A DNA stretch of 64,000 bases from contig NC_087436.1 of the NCBI RefSeq assembly GCF_036321535.1, forward strand, positions 37,760,001 through 37,824,000, given 5' to 3'. How positions within the stretch are numbered: the stretch's first letter is position 1; every line of letters starts with the position of its first letter. The DNA comes from Camelus dromedarius. Its lineage: Eukaryota. Below, piece by piece: positions 14,082 through 27,200 of the stretch. Below the pieces are notes generated by a model that did not search any database, had not been told where the DNA came from, and saw only the letters and a list, made by a program, of their open reading frames with translations. The translations under genes were made by a program, and so were the position numbers.

Positions 14082-15213
14082 TCTATATCATTCCTATTCT
14101 CTGATCAGAACGTATCCCATCCAAACATATTTTTATGTGTTTACAGAGGAAAGAGGCCCTCCTGAGTAATGAACCATGTTATTCTACCAGAACATTCTTG
14201 TGTTCTGAAGGACAGAAGAAATGCATCCTTATGCTCAGCCCCTGCACCGCCCGGCACACACCATCTGTCTATGGCAGCTGTGCCCACAGGTGTCCATGAT
14301 GTCCACCTCAAAAGCTTAAAGATACTCTTCCCAACATTTTAGGTGTCACACAATAACCTGTTATAAGTTTAGTGCTCATAAAATGGTCAAAAGCTTACAA
14401 CATATTTCCTATTTAGCTTATATTATCTCTTGTGAAACAAATTCCATAAATCAGCAACACCAGCCAGTGTTGTTTTCATTTCCATTTGTTCATTACATAC
14501 CCGGGAAGTGTTACGAGCACATGCTTGGTGTTGGGTTCTGTGATCAGCATCATCTCTGTTGTAGAGAGAGCACACATCCTTTCCACCCTGGGAGTGTCAA
14601 GGATACATACAAACAGAATTCAAAATGGTTTGCAAGAGAAATAGGAGCATAGAAAGTGCACAACTAAATTTCTCTGTGGTTGTAGATGGTGGAATCTTGA
14701 AGGAGTGGGAGTTTGCCCCCAGAGACACCCCCATGGTGTCCCTGCAAAGGAGGCAGAAGCAGGTGCTGGGAATGTGAGCAGAGCGTGGGGGAGTTGTAGG
14801 AAGAGAGTTTGTAGAGCGAGTAGTGACGTCAAGGACCCCGCATGCGTGGTTTTCATTCTCTACTTCATGGGAAGCATCTAAGCGTTTGTGTTTTTTTTAA
14901 AAGAGTGAAACAGGTTTTGTTTATAAAGGGAACAATGCAGTATGTGTAGAACAACTGAGGAGAGATGTGGGAAGTGGGTATGAGAGCACTTAGGGGAGAT
15001 GCAGCAAATGGACAATTGGAGGCGTTAGCTGTTTGGACAGAGAAGAGGGAACAACTTTGAGAGAGTCTGCAGCAGGTACATTGGCAATTTATGATGGATA
15101 TCAGGGCATGGGGCTGGGAAAATCACAGGATATTGAGGTTCCTCGTTTAGCAGCTGACAGGATTGCGCTGCTGAGGTGATCCTACCGTGCACTGACTTCA
15201 AGGTAGCCCTTCA

Positions 15214-15361
15214 GTTGGGGGAGGGTGTAGCTCAATGGTAGAGTGCATACCTGGCATGCACAAGGTCCTGGGTTCAATCTCCAGCACCACTATTAAAAAT
15301 AAATACATTAATAAGCCTAATTACAAACCCCCTACCAAAAACAAACAAACAAAATGTAGTA
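15214..15361 (+). mobile_element. tRNA-derived SINE (camelid vic-1-like) with target-site duplication
   Basis: A box TAGCTCAATGG, B box GGTTCAATC, CCTAATTAC...CCCC body, A-rich tail. TSD AAGGTAGCCCTTCA (15200-15213) / AAGATAGCCCTTCA (15362-15375). Confidence 0.85.
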
Positions 15362-15724
15362 AAGATAGCCCTTCATCAACCTAACCAGGAGCTACTGTTC
15401 CACTTCAGGTAACAAACATGGAAACCAAGACTTGGAGTGATTCCGCTAACTTAGTCACAATGATACTGAGGTTTTCTGACAGAGGAAGGAACAGGGCCCA
15501 GGTTCAGATTCCAGCCTGGCTCCTGAGTCTGGCTTGGTGAGGCTGCTCCACACCACTGAGGGTTAGATGTCTGGGAAAGGAAGGAAAATGGGTTTGCAGC
15601 TAGCAGTCAGCCTGGGGGCTTTAGCCAACAGCCACCTCCAACTTCCTTGCGTAGTCCAGAATGTTGAGGGATTTTTTTTCTGAAGGGCAACATTTCAGAT
15701 TACTTTACTCTCTGCTATAAGCTT

Positions 15725-15830
15725 CTTTTTTGTTTGTTTGTTTTTTGTTTATATATATATATATTTACTACGGTATAGTCAGTTTACAATGTTGTGTTAA
15801 TTTCTGGTGGACAGCATAGTGATTCAGTTT

Positions 15831-15862
<32 letters not shown>

Positions 15863-16530
15863 CTTTTATATATATATATATAAACTTTTTGTATATATGT
15901 AAAATATATATATATTCCTTTTCATATTCTTTTCCATTATAGGCTATTGCAAGGTATTGAATATAGTTCCCTGTGCTATATGGTAGGACTCTGCTGTTTA
16001 TCTATTTTATATATAGCAGTTAGTATCTGCAAATCTCAAATTCCCAATTTATCCCTCCACCCTACCTTTCCCTTCTGTAACCATTTGTTTTCTATGTCTG
16101 TGAGTCTGTTTCTGCGTTGTAAATAAGTTCACTTTTCTCATTTTTTTTAGATTCCACATATAAATGGTTTAATTTCTCCCTCTGGCTTACTTCACTTAGT
16201 ATGACAATCTCCAGGTCCATCCATGTTGCTGCAATTGGCATTATTTTATTCGTTTTTATGGCTGAGTAGTATCCCATTGTATAAATATACCACAGCTTCT
16301 TTATCCAGTCATCTGTCAGTAGACAGTTAAGCTGTTTCCATGTCTTGGCTATTGTAAATAGTGCTGCTGTGAACATTGGGGTGCATGCCTCTTTTCAGAT
16401 TAGAGTTCCCTCTGGATATATGCCCAGGAGTGGGATTGCTGAATCATATGGTAAGTCTATTTTTAGTTTTTAAAGGAATTTCCACACTGTTTTCCATAAT
16501 GGCTGCACCAAACTACATTCCACCAACAGT
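15725..16530 (-). mobile_element. 5'-truncated L1 (ORF2 C-terminus plus 3' UTR), artiodactyl/camelid type
   Basis: ORF 16092..16376(-) MFTAALFTIAKTWKQ...WIKKLWYIYTMGYYSAIK is L1 ORF2 C-terminus; 3' UTR motifs and a T-rich tail lie at the left end. Confidence 0.92.
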
Positions 16531-17419
16531 AATGGTATAATTAAGCAAATTTTTATTTAGTGCCTACTTTGTACAAGGACTTTAAAAAGTCTATGGAGAG
16601 GGTGAGTAAAAAGTAATTTTTGTCTAAGGGGCACTTATTTGAGTAAACTCATGTTATGCAAGCCTCTTGAAGAGCTTTTTTGGGGACAAGAAAAAATATA
16701 AAAATAGCTATAATTCAAGTGAGATAAGAGTGTACAGAAGAATCAGTCTCTGGTTTCACCAGAGGACGATGATTCTGCCTCATTCGCCTCTGAGGTCCCC
16801 AGGGAACTTGCAATAGGCACTTAATAAACACTAGCTCCCTTCCTGACAGTGCACAGAGAGCTCAGATAACAGACCGTCTAAGTAAACACCACACTGCTGC
16901 AATCCTATTAAGACTCTCCCTGGGGAAAGTCAGGCAGCATCCTTACTCTGTCAGAACACCTCCTGCTTTTTAAACTGCTCTGTTCAGTTTAAGGGCTTAT
17001 CAGATAAGTCTAATTTTACTGAGTCCCAGGATCTTTTTCTCCGTAATGCCGTGCCAGCCCCTGGGACTAGCTGGGCTAGCCAGAGCACTTCTAATCCCTC
17101 TTTCATCTGATAATGGACCTTAAAACATCTGCTGTTACCACCCTTTCTAGCTTCCCCTGGGTTTAACATTGGCCAGTCCTTCCTCACCTGATGAGACTGT
17201 CACTGGCTTTAGTGAGTCAGTGTTTTCTGGCCCCCAAGGCTTTCCAGAGTGTTCGTCTTGGTGGCTGAGGGCTGCAGCTAATGCACCGGTGAGGCAGGTT
17301 CCCAGATGTGAAGCCCAGGAGGTGAACTAGGTCCTCCCTGTCTGTCTCCCTCAGTCTCCTCATCTGTCAAAGGCCTCCTCTAGTTCTGTGACTCCCCCCC
17401 CCCCCCCACCATGGCTTAC

Positions 17420-17740
17420 CTTCTGCTCTTAAGTCCCTGCTAAAACGTCACTTCCTCAGAGAGGTCCTCCCTGACCACTCAGCATAGAAGGGCTCCGTCC
17501 CCCTAGATACCTCCTCTCTGGGGCTCCCCTCCAGATGCTTTGCCTGTTTCATTTTCATCATAGTGCTGCTGCTCTCTGCAGTCCTTACACCTACTCCTTG
17601 ACTTGTTCGTCTCTCGTACCCGCTGAAGTGTAGGCTCTGCAAGCGTGAGAACTTCCCGCGCACATCTTGTTCACGACCGTATTTCCAGACCTCATGCAGT
17701 GCCCAGCACAGAGTAAGGCCCAATAAATGAATCAGCAATC
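17420..17740 (+). mobile_element. L2 fragment
   Basis: GTCACTTCCTCAGAGAGGTCCTCCCTGACCAC ... CAGTGCCCAGCACAGAGTAAGGCCCAATAAATGAAT. Confidence 0.7.
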
Positions 17741-19199
17741 AACTCTGCAATTCCATCCTGCTTGCTCTCTTAAAGTAAGTTTCTGTTGTCGCTGCCTTGT
17801 GGGTGAGTATTGCTTTTTATGACATCACTAGAAGCACAGTTAAAATCTCGGTTAGTATCTCTAGAATCTTTTAGGATTTCTTTGATCAAAACTTATGGAA
17901 GACACAGCCCCTGTGTTCAGCAGACATAGCAGGCAGAATCGTCCAAAGCAAGTTTTAAAACCAGGTTTGTCATGAGAACAGGAATATCTTTTGAACTTGA
18001 ATAATTGGAGTACCTGGCTTTCCTAGTGTGATGAGTAGAACCCAAAAAGCCTCTCAGATGTTAAAGTTCCTTTGAGAAGGTAGCATGTCTGCCCTGAGAT
18101 AGAGGGTAAGTACATAAAAAGTCAGAGTTGCTGCTGATGGATGAGTGAACAGACTGATCATCTTTTAGAGCCTTTTGTTCCTGCTACAGTATTTTGCTTT
18201 CATCTTTTCCTTGCATCCTTGCTATCATGAATGTACCAAACCAGTAATGAGCCGACATGTGTTCTACAAAATATCTGAAAAGATAGCTAATTTTTCTCCT
18301 TTACACTATTATACCTCAGAGCTTGGTCTCTGTCCTAATGACACTGCCGGGGTCACATCTTTGTTGATTGCGTTTTCCTGCCTGTCAGGGAGCTCAGTGC
18401 CTGCCTTTCCCTTGCCCACGTCTGTGTAGTCCACCTCGTTCTCAGATTATCCCACTGTTTTAGGATTCCTCTGTTGGGGGTGCTGCTGGCCAGAAAAGGG
18501 CCTGGTAGCATCCGTTACATGACATCTGGCAGATGTGGGTTCATCAGAAGGTTCGTAAGTTTTATTTAAAGCCTGTCCATTTGGACACAGCTTATGAAGA
18601 AGTCTGGTCACAGATGCCAGTTGGCAATGTTTTCTTGTCAAATTTTCTTCATAACTTCTGTATCTATCGCTCTTAGTTTCTTGCTGATGTACCATACACA
18701 ACCCCTTACAGAACTTTTGACAAATGAGGTGGCCTCAAATATTTTGCATCCTCTCTTTTGAAACAGAAGTTCAAAGAAGCAACTACTGTGTGTGTGTGTG
18801 TGAGTGTATGTACGCTACCCTTCCCCAGTATGACACCTTGCCCGCATTCCCTCCGTCCAGCAGAGCCCATCTCCCACCGTGGCAACTGAAGTCAGTATTT
18901 TTGTATTTTCACCCCACACATCTTGCTGCGTCCCACTTTGGCCTGTGCTCCTTTCTTTGTCTCCTAACATGAAGAGAGCACCTTCCTCTTTTCTCCTCTT
19001 CTCGACTACTTTATCCAGTATCAGAATTCACTTTTAAAAACTGCACCTCAGATGACTAGCAATTCAAAACTTATTTGATGTCACCTGGGAATTCTGCTGG
19101 ACTAATCTCCTTTCTCTCTGATTTCTTCCATCTCTTCATTCCTTATGTTTTGTCATTTTATTGTACCTGTGTTCCTAGAATCAAGGAGTTATCTTTTAT

Positions 19200-20010
19200 T
19201 CCTCTCTTTCCCTCACTTTCTACTTACAACTCACCTGCGTTTTCTGGTGACCCCACCTGTAAAACGTACCCCGAATCCCTCCATTACTGTCCACCTCCTC
19301 CACGAAGTTGAACCATCAGCACGTCTACCATGGACAACTGCAACAGCCTTGCCTTCGTCTCATCTTTTTACTTTTATAGAGATGAGATTGGTTTGTGCTT
19401 TTACAATGATCTTTGCCCTAAAATCCATTTGCTACACAATAGGCAGAGTTTATTCCTAAAAAAAAAAACATGGACGGGATCCCGCTCCTGGCCTGCTTAA
19501 AGGGCCTGCCACCACACTCAGGACAGAATCCTACCTCCTTAGGACGGTTTGCAGAGCTGTATGTGATCTGCCCTTTGCCTTCCACCCTCCCCCTCACCCA
19601 CTCTGTTCCGCACTGATTTCTTTTCTGCTCGGCAGTGCCCCAGGCCTAGTGTCACCTTAGGGCCTTTGCACCTGCTGTCTCTGTGCCCGAAATGCTCTTT
19701 TCCCTGACATTTGTTTCACTGGCTTCCTTTCCTTCATATCTCAGAGTCAATGTCATTTCTTCCAAGTTTCCTTCTCTAAACATGCCCTCTAAAGTGGCCG
19801 TCACCACATCGTCTTTCACACAGGTACACAGGTCTATTTTAATTCTCTGCATAGCAATGAATACCAGCCAACAGAGCGTTCTTATTTATGTATCTGTGAA
19901 TGCACTGTCACCCCAACTAAAACATAGATTCAAGAGATCTTCCCTGTCCCCGGCAGAGTGCCTGGCACGTAGCAAGGACTCATTACACAAATGTTAAGTA
20001 AAAAAGTGAA
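19200..20010 (+). mobile_element. L2 fragment
   Basis: CTTAGGGCCTTTGCACCTGCTGT...AATGCTCTTT...GAGTGCCTGGCACGTAGCAAGGACTCATTACACAAATGTT. Confidence 0.7.
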
Positions 20011-23000
20011 AGAGTGACACAGACATTATAGGACTCTGGGGTCTGGGTGTGTCACTTTTGTCTTTCTAAGTAGATTATAAATTCCTAGGATGTTTCTTTT
20101 GAGCCCTCATATCACCCAGTTCAGTGTGGAATATGGAGTCAGTGCTTGGAAAATTCTTACTCTCTGGATTTTTAGCTCTTTTGACCATATTTAGTTTTTG
20201 GTATCCTAAGAAATCCATGGAGCAGCTTATAGAAAAGTTTCCCCCCTGGCTAACACAACTGTAAAAATATCAAATCTATATTGATATACTATAGTCCCGG
20301 CCTCCAGCAAGTCTACAACCACTCACCTCTAGTGTTTCCAAGGGAAGTAGAACTGGGTTCACATTAATATTCTTCTGTGCTGTTTCCAAGATTGTGGAAG
20401 CCCCCTGTGAAGGCTAACCCACAACAGTAGCCATTCAACATATAGAATGGATGGACATGTTTTCATAAAGGCAGATGGGTTTTTCTCCACTTCTGTCCTT
20501 AGCCTGTCCTTTCTTGTCTTAGAATTAGACACGGAGGAGCCCAAGTTGCATGTGTTCTTAGGGAACTTAGTTTCTGCCTTATGCTGTAAGAGATAGGATG
20601 AATGAAACGTAGACTCACGTTCACAACTCCCAGGTACCTTAGAGAACACCTGGGCCAACAAGCCACCAACATGGGTAGTTCTTCTGCCAATAGCAGAAGT
20701 GTCTTGACTCTCAGCCTGTGATTTTTTCCACGGAGCCATGCTTCCTGACCTTGGGGATAACGGGAGGGAAATTTTATGTGGAAAAGAGAATAGTGATCTT
20801 TGAAAAAGTAGCCTGTCTTGAAGAAATACTTGTCCTTGCCTCTGCAGTCTTTCCCTGTGAACCTGGGCAAGTGATGTGCAATTTTAAGAACCATCTTCAG
20901 AACCCTTCCCAGGAATTTCAGTAGAGACACAGATTGTAAACCATTAGACAATTATTTTTTTGCTAAGTTTTCCTGTCTTTTATAAAGGTAGATTTTGCAT
21001 TTTTGGAACCTTCACAGTTAGTTCTCTGCTGCTCTCTCTTTGCCTCTGTACAAGAACATCTTCCTCCTCACTTCTTACTAGACCACTAATTCCTCCAGAA
21101 GAGAGGATGTGATGTATTACTGGCCCATCCTTCAGTGTCCAGCACATAGACGGTGCTCAACTGACATTTGTTTAACTCTTACTGAGGCAGCTCTACTTGA
21201 GTGCCTCCCCTCCATCTCCCTTCCCCAAATCTAGTTCTTTCTTGTCCCCTCAACCTACTTCCTCTCTGAATCCACCAGCTCTTGGTGATTCTTCACCCCG
21301 ATGCTGTTAAGCATTTGCTATCTGACCCACCCTTTTCCTCTTAGTATGTAGTATCTTACATTGGAAGATACTTTTATGCATGATTAACGTCCGCTTAATT
21401 TGATGGTGACCGGCAGGACAGTATGGTTGCGTGTTCAGTTCAGTATCGTACTTTCAGTCTATTTGTAGCACGTTGTGCACAGCAGGGACTCAGTGTTTGC
21501 TGACCTAGGCAGTTCACGCCTCACGTTTGAGGCTGATGTGCGGCGCTGCTAGACGCTGCTGCCCTGCTCCATCTTAGCATGTTAACTGCGTTGGGGAACG
21601 TTGCACAGGAAGTCATCTCCATTTTGTTCCAGATCAACAGGAAATAAGGCTTAGTCTCCAAACTAAAGTAAGAAAAGCGACCAAGCATATTATTCCTCCC
21701 TTGGGGGCTTTCGTTATTCCAGGAAACATTAGCTTCTCCTAGGATAGTGGAAATTATTAAATTATTATAAGCTATCTCTGTTCCACCTACGGAGAAAATT
21801 CCGATGGGAGGAAGATATTCAGTATTTCATTCCAGGTTTACTTTGCGTTATCTTCTAGATTGCTTTTGAGTTTATCATATCTGAAAATCACTTATCATAT
21901 GCATTTTAGGGGACCTACTCCTTCCTGTAGTAAAATGAGTCTGGCTTCCTGAATCAAAGACTACTCCTATCCATAGGACATTTAGTTTGGCCATTTCTGT
22001 TGTTCATGATTCTTTTTATTGACACTAATGATGGTAGGAATACAGGGTTACTTACTTTAAAACCTGATCCTCTTGCAAGCTGTTGGTATTATGTAGGCTT
22101 GGCCAACTTTTAAAATTAGAGTGCCCTGGCCTTGGCCTTGCTATGAACTGTACTCCATGAGGCTCAGAGGGGAGAGGATGACAGAATGGAAACTTCATTC
22201 AGATCTTTGGCATGTTTTAATTTTGCATTGCTTCTTCATACTAATTTAATTTCCTTCCAGAATGAGAGTTGGCAATCACTGAGAGAAGTAGCAGAGGAGG
22301 TTGGAGTCATTGCAGTTAAAATGCCTATGAAGCTCCCTAATCCATAGATTATTGACATAATGAACTCTAAAACCTTTAATAATCTTTCCACTCTGCAATG
22401 CCAGCCTGCATGGAGAGGGCATTAGCCTGTGGATTCTGTGCCCAATGCTGGCTCTGCTCTGCCGTGCTGTAGGAGTTGGAAATACTGCAGCCTCATTCTA
22501 CGTTCTCAGGGAACAGAGCTCACCTAGCGTGGTCGGAAGACATCTCCTCAGCGCAGACCAAGAGCCCTCGACTTCCACCTGCTTCATTTCACCCTTTTCA
22601 AATAGGGAAACATACCAAACCACAATACGCTCTATTTCCCTCAAATTTCCAACCAGAGCAGAGGCTATTTCTGTTATTTATAAGAACGACCGACTAATTT
22701 CAGTTAACATTTTCATTGTTTGCAAAAGACAGCAGAACAAAATAGCTTCTGGGAATTCAGCTTTTTTCGTATTTTTCAGCCCTAAGGGAATCTGGAAGTC
22801 CAGGCTGGGTGTTCTACTGTCAAAGTGCACAGATGGACCCCTCCACCACCACCCCCCGCTTCCTTGCTCGGAGAGCAGGTCCTGGCAGACAAGCAGGCCA
22901 TTCCCCCCACCAAGGCTACATTTTTTTTTTTCCTTACCACTAGATCAGATGCTTCATATTTATTATCAGATGTGGCATGGATGATTCAAACCAAAACAAA

Positions 23001-25854
23001 TACCCTTGTGTTTAAAAATAGAAGTTAAAAGACTAAATATTTGCACTTTAAAAGGAAGAGAAAATAACAGAAATCTCTGCGGCAGGCCATTCCTTGAAAT
23101 TACCCTCACTAAATTATAATCAGGCACTTTCCACCCTCTGTAATTAAACGTTAGATTTTATTTATTCCAGATGCATTTGCCACAAGTAAATTCAGAAGGC
23201 CAATTGTGTTTTGTTTTGTTTTGGGGTTTTTTTTGGTCATTGTAAATTTATTTCATGTTTATGGCCTCCTCAAGATTGGGCCCCTTGGATAGTTTTTACA
23301 TGAATCTTAATGACACTATGAGTTTGCTTTCTAATTGCATTTATATGGATGAATTTGATCTTATTATGTTTTTTATACCATGTAATGTCTATAAGAGCTT
23401 AATGACATTTTTTACAAACGTGCTCGCATGTTTGCAAGGGAAGTGCAGGACCTTGGTGGTTGATGGTTAAAGGATGGAGGAATTTGCTTTGATCGGATTA
23501 CTCACAGGTAGGAAGAGCAGCTGGCTGCTGTTTTGAGGAATCTACAGCACTGAGAAAGGTCACATGCTTTATATTATATGACATCTTCTATTGAGAGAGC
23601 CTTGGACAGTTTCGTGAACCCTGAAGGAACTTTTTATTTAGCAGCTTTGCAAATTTCTTAGATGAGCGAGATGATATAACTGAACAGCAGGCTCTAAATA
23701 TTAAAGGCAAGCTTTTTCGTGGTTTGAAATATTTCCCTACTCTTATAAGGCAAGTTTCTCAATTCAGATTTGTGGTTAAATTCATTAACACATATTTCAA
23801 AGAAGTAGGAAAAGTCACCATATTTATTGGCTTATTATCACTGATGACATAATTTCAAATTATAAATTTTTGTTTTCACTAAGTGAACAAACAGTGGATA
23901 AACCCAGATGGTAAGTTGACTATGTAACTGAAGATAAATTTTGCAAAAATGACAGCAGTGGAGCTACTGCTGACTCTCTGGGGAAAGTTTTATCTGCTTT
24001 TAGGCCTATTGCGTATTTGGGTGATGGAGGTCATCGTGGGTATTTAGTTGATACACTGGTAAATTACTCAAGCTCCTTTTAATTTTTTTCCGTGCTTACC
24101 ATTTGACTATTTTACAATTCTCAAGCATTTCCATGGGTTTGTGGGAAAAGGATATGCCAGGTCAGTTTCACTATTTATTTTGATTATACTAAATAAAGGA
24201 CCCAGAGAGTAAGAAGTTCAAGTTAATGCTGAAAATAAAGTCTTAGAATTACTTGTATATTTTCAGTTATCCATCACTTGCTCTACTCCCTCCCCCTTGT
24301 GCTACAATACAAAGGCTTCTTATCTCTTTGGCGGCATTTTCTTTAAAACTGGCCCCCAGTTCATCCCCTGCCATCCACACGCCTCCACTTTCCCTGTGTT
24401 GGGTAGGGCAGCAGACAGCCCAGCAGGGAAGATGAAGGAGGCCAGGGGGAGAAGCAGCCCCCGTCATCACAGGCCTGAAAGATTCAAAACCTAGAGCAAT
24501 AATGTTCACCCACTCGTCAGAGAGGGGGCAGCAAATAGAAAAATAAAATTGTTTATGTAAAAGGTTCTTCTCTTAAAACCACTGCTCATTTACCTTTACT
24601 CTAACACCAATTAATTGGAGTCATATAATGTTTCTAAATAGTTTGACCTTAAATCTGTGTGTATGTATCATATAAACTAATAATATTTAAAGTCATTGAC
24701 TTTTCAGTGCCCAAACCTCTTTCTACCTTTCTAAGTATAGAATCTATCACTAATCTCTTTGGGCAATTATATTGCAAAGACAATTTCTCTTTTTAATCTA
24801 GGACAGGTTGGCATTCCAAAGGAAAAAAACTATGGCACATCTCCAATAATCGAGATGACTAATAATCTAGATTAAAGAATGAGGCATATCAAATCAGTAG
24901 GTCATTTTCCTTTTCTCATTTCAGTCTTCATAGGATATGGAAAATGCCAATAGGAAGAAGGCCCCTGACAATATGAACAATCTCAGAGTTTTAGATTAGC
25001 ATCTATGTATACGGTTCATGGGAACTTTTCCATTGAAACAGTCGAAGTCAATTTCCTCAGTAATAGGATAAGATTGCCTAGTTTTTCTGGGCTGTGAATC
25101 ATTATGCAACTAAGTTGATTGATCTGCCTAGCAAAATAAAAATATTTGGAATCATCCTAGCAACTTGCTAGTCCTGTTGGAACTAGACCCTCAACTGTAG
25201 AAAGATAGCAAGATTTCTTTCTGTGCAGGCTCATTTCCTAGATTATCCACGAGGCGCCCACAACAGAAGTAATAATGCTGAAAGAAAAATTCTGAGAAAT
25301 GTTATTTAATTTAAACTTTAAATCTAGATAAGCTCTAAATACCTAGAAGTAACAGAAAGAAATGAGAGGAAAAGTTAAGCCATTAGAGGGCACTTTTGTA
25401 ATCTTAGAAGAAAAATCTGTTCTTACAGACTGGCTTACCTAAGGATTATTCTTAAGAAGAATATATTTCCAGTTGTTTATTTAAAGTGACTAATTCATAA
25501 GTTGAATGTCTGAAAGAGAACATTTTTTGGTAGGGAAAAAAATCTATTGAAGTTCATCCTTTAAATAATATCTAAGTAAAGCTGTAAATTTGAATCAGTG
25601 ACTAGAAATAGTAAAATTATGCACAATGTATCTGCATAATAGTTTTTTGATTAGCTATATTCAGTGCTTCTTTTAAATACATTTTGTTAAAAACAATTCT
25701 GCCTGTAACCTGATCAGATTGAACAAATTATTAACTTTCCTTAACAACTGAGCATATTTTTCCCCAGTGATAGATGAATGTTATTAGATAACATTTTGAG
25801 GACTATAATCCTACAGAATACAAAGTCCTGTGTCTGGGGATCATATTAGTTTTT

Positions 25855-25990
25855 TTCCAGTTTTATTGAAAAATAATTGACCTATGTCTCTGTATAAGTG
25901 TAAGGTATACAGCATTATGGTTTAATTTACATATAGTGTGAAATGATTACCACAGTAGGTTCAGTTAACATCCACCTTCTCATACAGAAG
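25855..25990 (-). mobile_element. Short L1 3' end fragment
   Basis: TTTTATTGAAAAATAATTGAC...GTATAAGTGTAAGGTATACAGC...TGTGAAATGATTACCACAG resembles an L1MA 3' end. Confidence 0.65.
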
Positions 25991-26899
25991 CAAGAAACAG
26001 AAAAGAAGAAAAGAAAAAAGGGATCATACTAATTTTAAACACTTCTGTGAAAAGTATCTGTTTTGCTCGTAACGATGTGGCATTTCAAATGGTTAAAAAT
26101 TTTCAGAAACAGAAAGTATGACTGATGGAATTTTGGTTGTGGAAATATGATTTTTTTTTTTTAATAAAGAAAGAAAAGATAAAATTGAGTCTGCCCCCTC
26201 CTGGTGATAACCTAAACAAATGTGTCAACCTGTGCCAGTAAAGTAGATAAGCCAGGAAAATGACTTAAGAAGTAAAAGCTTAGTGTCACGGACTGTGAAG
26301 AGCTGGAGATTCTCCGCTCCCTGCAAGTGAGCAAGTTAGCAATTTAGCCTGCCACAGTTTCACGGTGCTGGATGGCCGGAGACTCCTAGGTCAGCAACAG
26401 AGGACTGTATGACTCAGAGCAATAGCAGAGGCCACAGATCCACAGCAGCAGCATTTTCTCCCACCGGCTGCCTGACCCCCAGTTCTCACAGGATGATGCA
26501 AAGAGGGCCCGATGGCACCAACCTTTATAGTGGGGTTTAGTACAAGACAGCAGCCCTGCGCTTGGGGAACCCAGATTTTGTAATGAGTAATAATCACGCC
26601 TGCTCTTTGCTCCAGAAGCTGTATCTTTCAAGGCTGCTCACTACACCAACATCCTTGAAAAGATAATTTGGAACAAAGGGAATCAGTTCTTCTGCCACCC
26701 AAATATGCGAAAGCAAGCAGAGACCCATGGAAAATTGTCTTTTCACACTTATTCTGCATAATCTTATCACCTGAGGTTGTTGGCTTTACTAAATATTACA
26801 TTGCTAAGTAGCTTACATGGGGGAATATATAATAATTGTATGTACGATATTTTTAAAGTCACTCCTGACAGTTGATGTTTCTCACATCATATTACATTC

Positions 26900-27200
26900 G
26901 CTATGTGATATTACCTGTGCAAGCCTCAGTTTGATCATTTTTGAGACGAGATAAATAACAGTGTTGCTTTAATGAAAAAGAATATGAAAATGAATATATG
27001 CATATATATATACATATATGCATGACTGGGACATTATGCTGTACACCAGAAATTGACACATTGTAATTGACTATACTTCGATAAAAAACAAAAAATAACA
27101 GTGCCCACATCATAGGGTTGTTGCTAGCATTACATGAGATAACATATATGAAGCACTTAGAAGGGTGCCTGGCATGCAGCCCGTAGACAAAAAAAAATTG
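26900..27200 (+). mobile_element. MIR interrupted by an L1 insertion
   Basis: AAGCCTCAGTTT...AATAACAGTG | CCCACATCATAGGGTTGTTG...AAGCACTTAGAAGGGTGCCTGGCA; continuous MIR once 26964-27103 is removed. Confidence 0.7.
26964..27092 (+). mobile_element. Severely truncated L1 3' end with 11-bp TSD
   Basis: AATGAAAAAGAATATGAAAATGAATATATG...GCTGTACACCAGAAATTGACAC...GACTATACTTC plus A-tail. TSD AAATAACAGTG at 26953-26963 and 27093-27103. Confidence 0.85.

Noticed and set aside
15217..15290. Apparent tRNA gene (also 31285-31355)
   Set aside because: Degenerate stems, SINE body, A-rich tail and TSDs show these are SINEs rather than functional tRNAs.
17394..17407. Poly-C homopolymer (C14; another C12 at 46194-46205)
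   Set aside because: Simple homopolymers in intronic/intergenic DNA; no evidence of function.
22445..22984. 179-aa intronic ORF
   Set aside because: No recognisable homology or exon structure; composition fits a chance intronic ORF.
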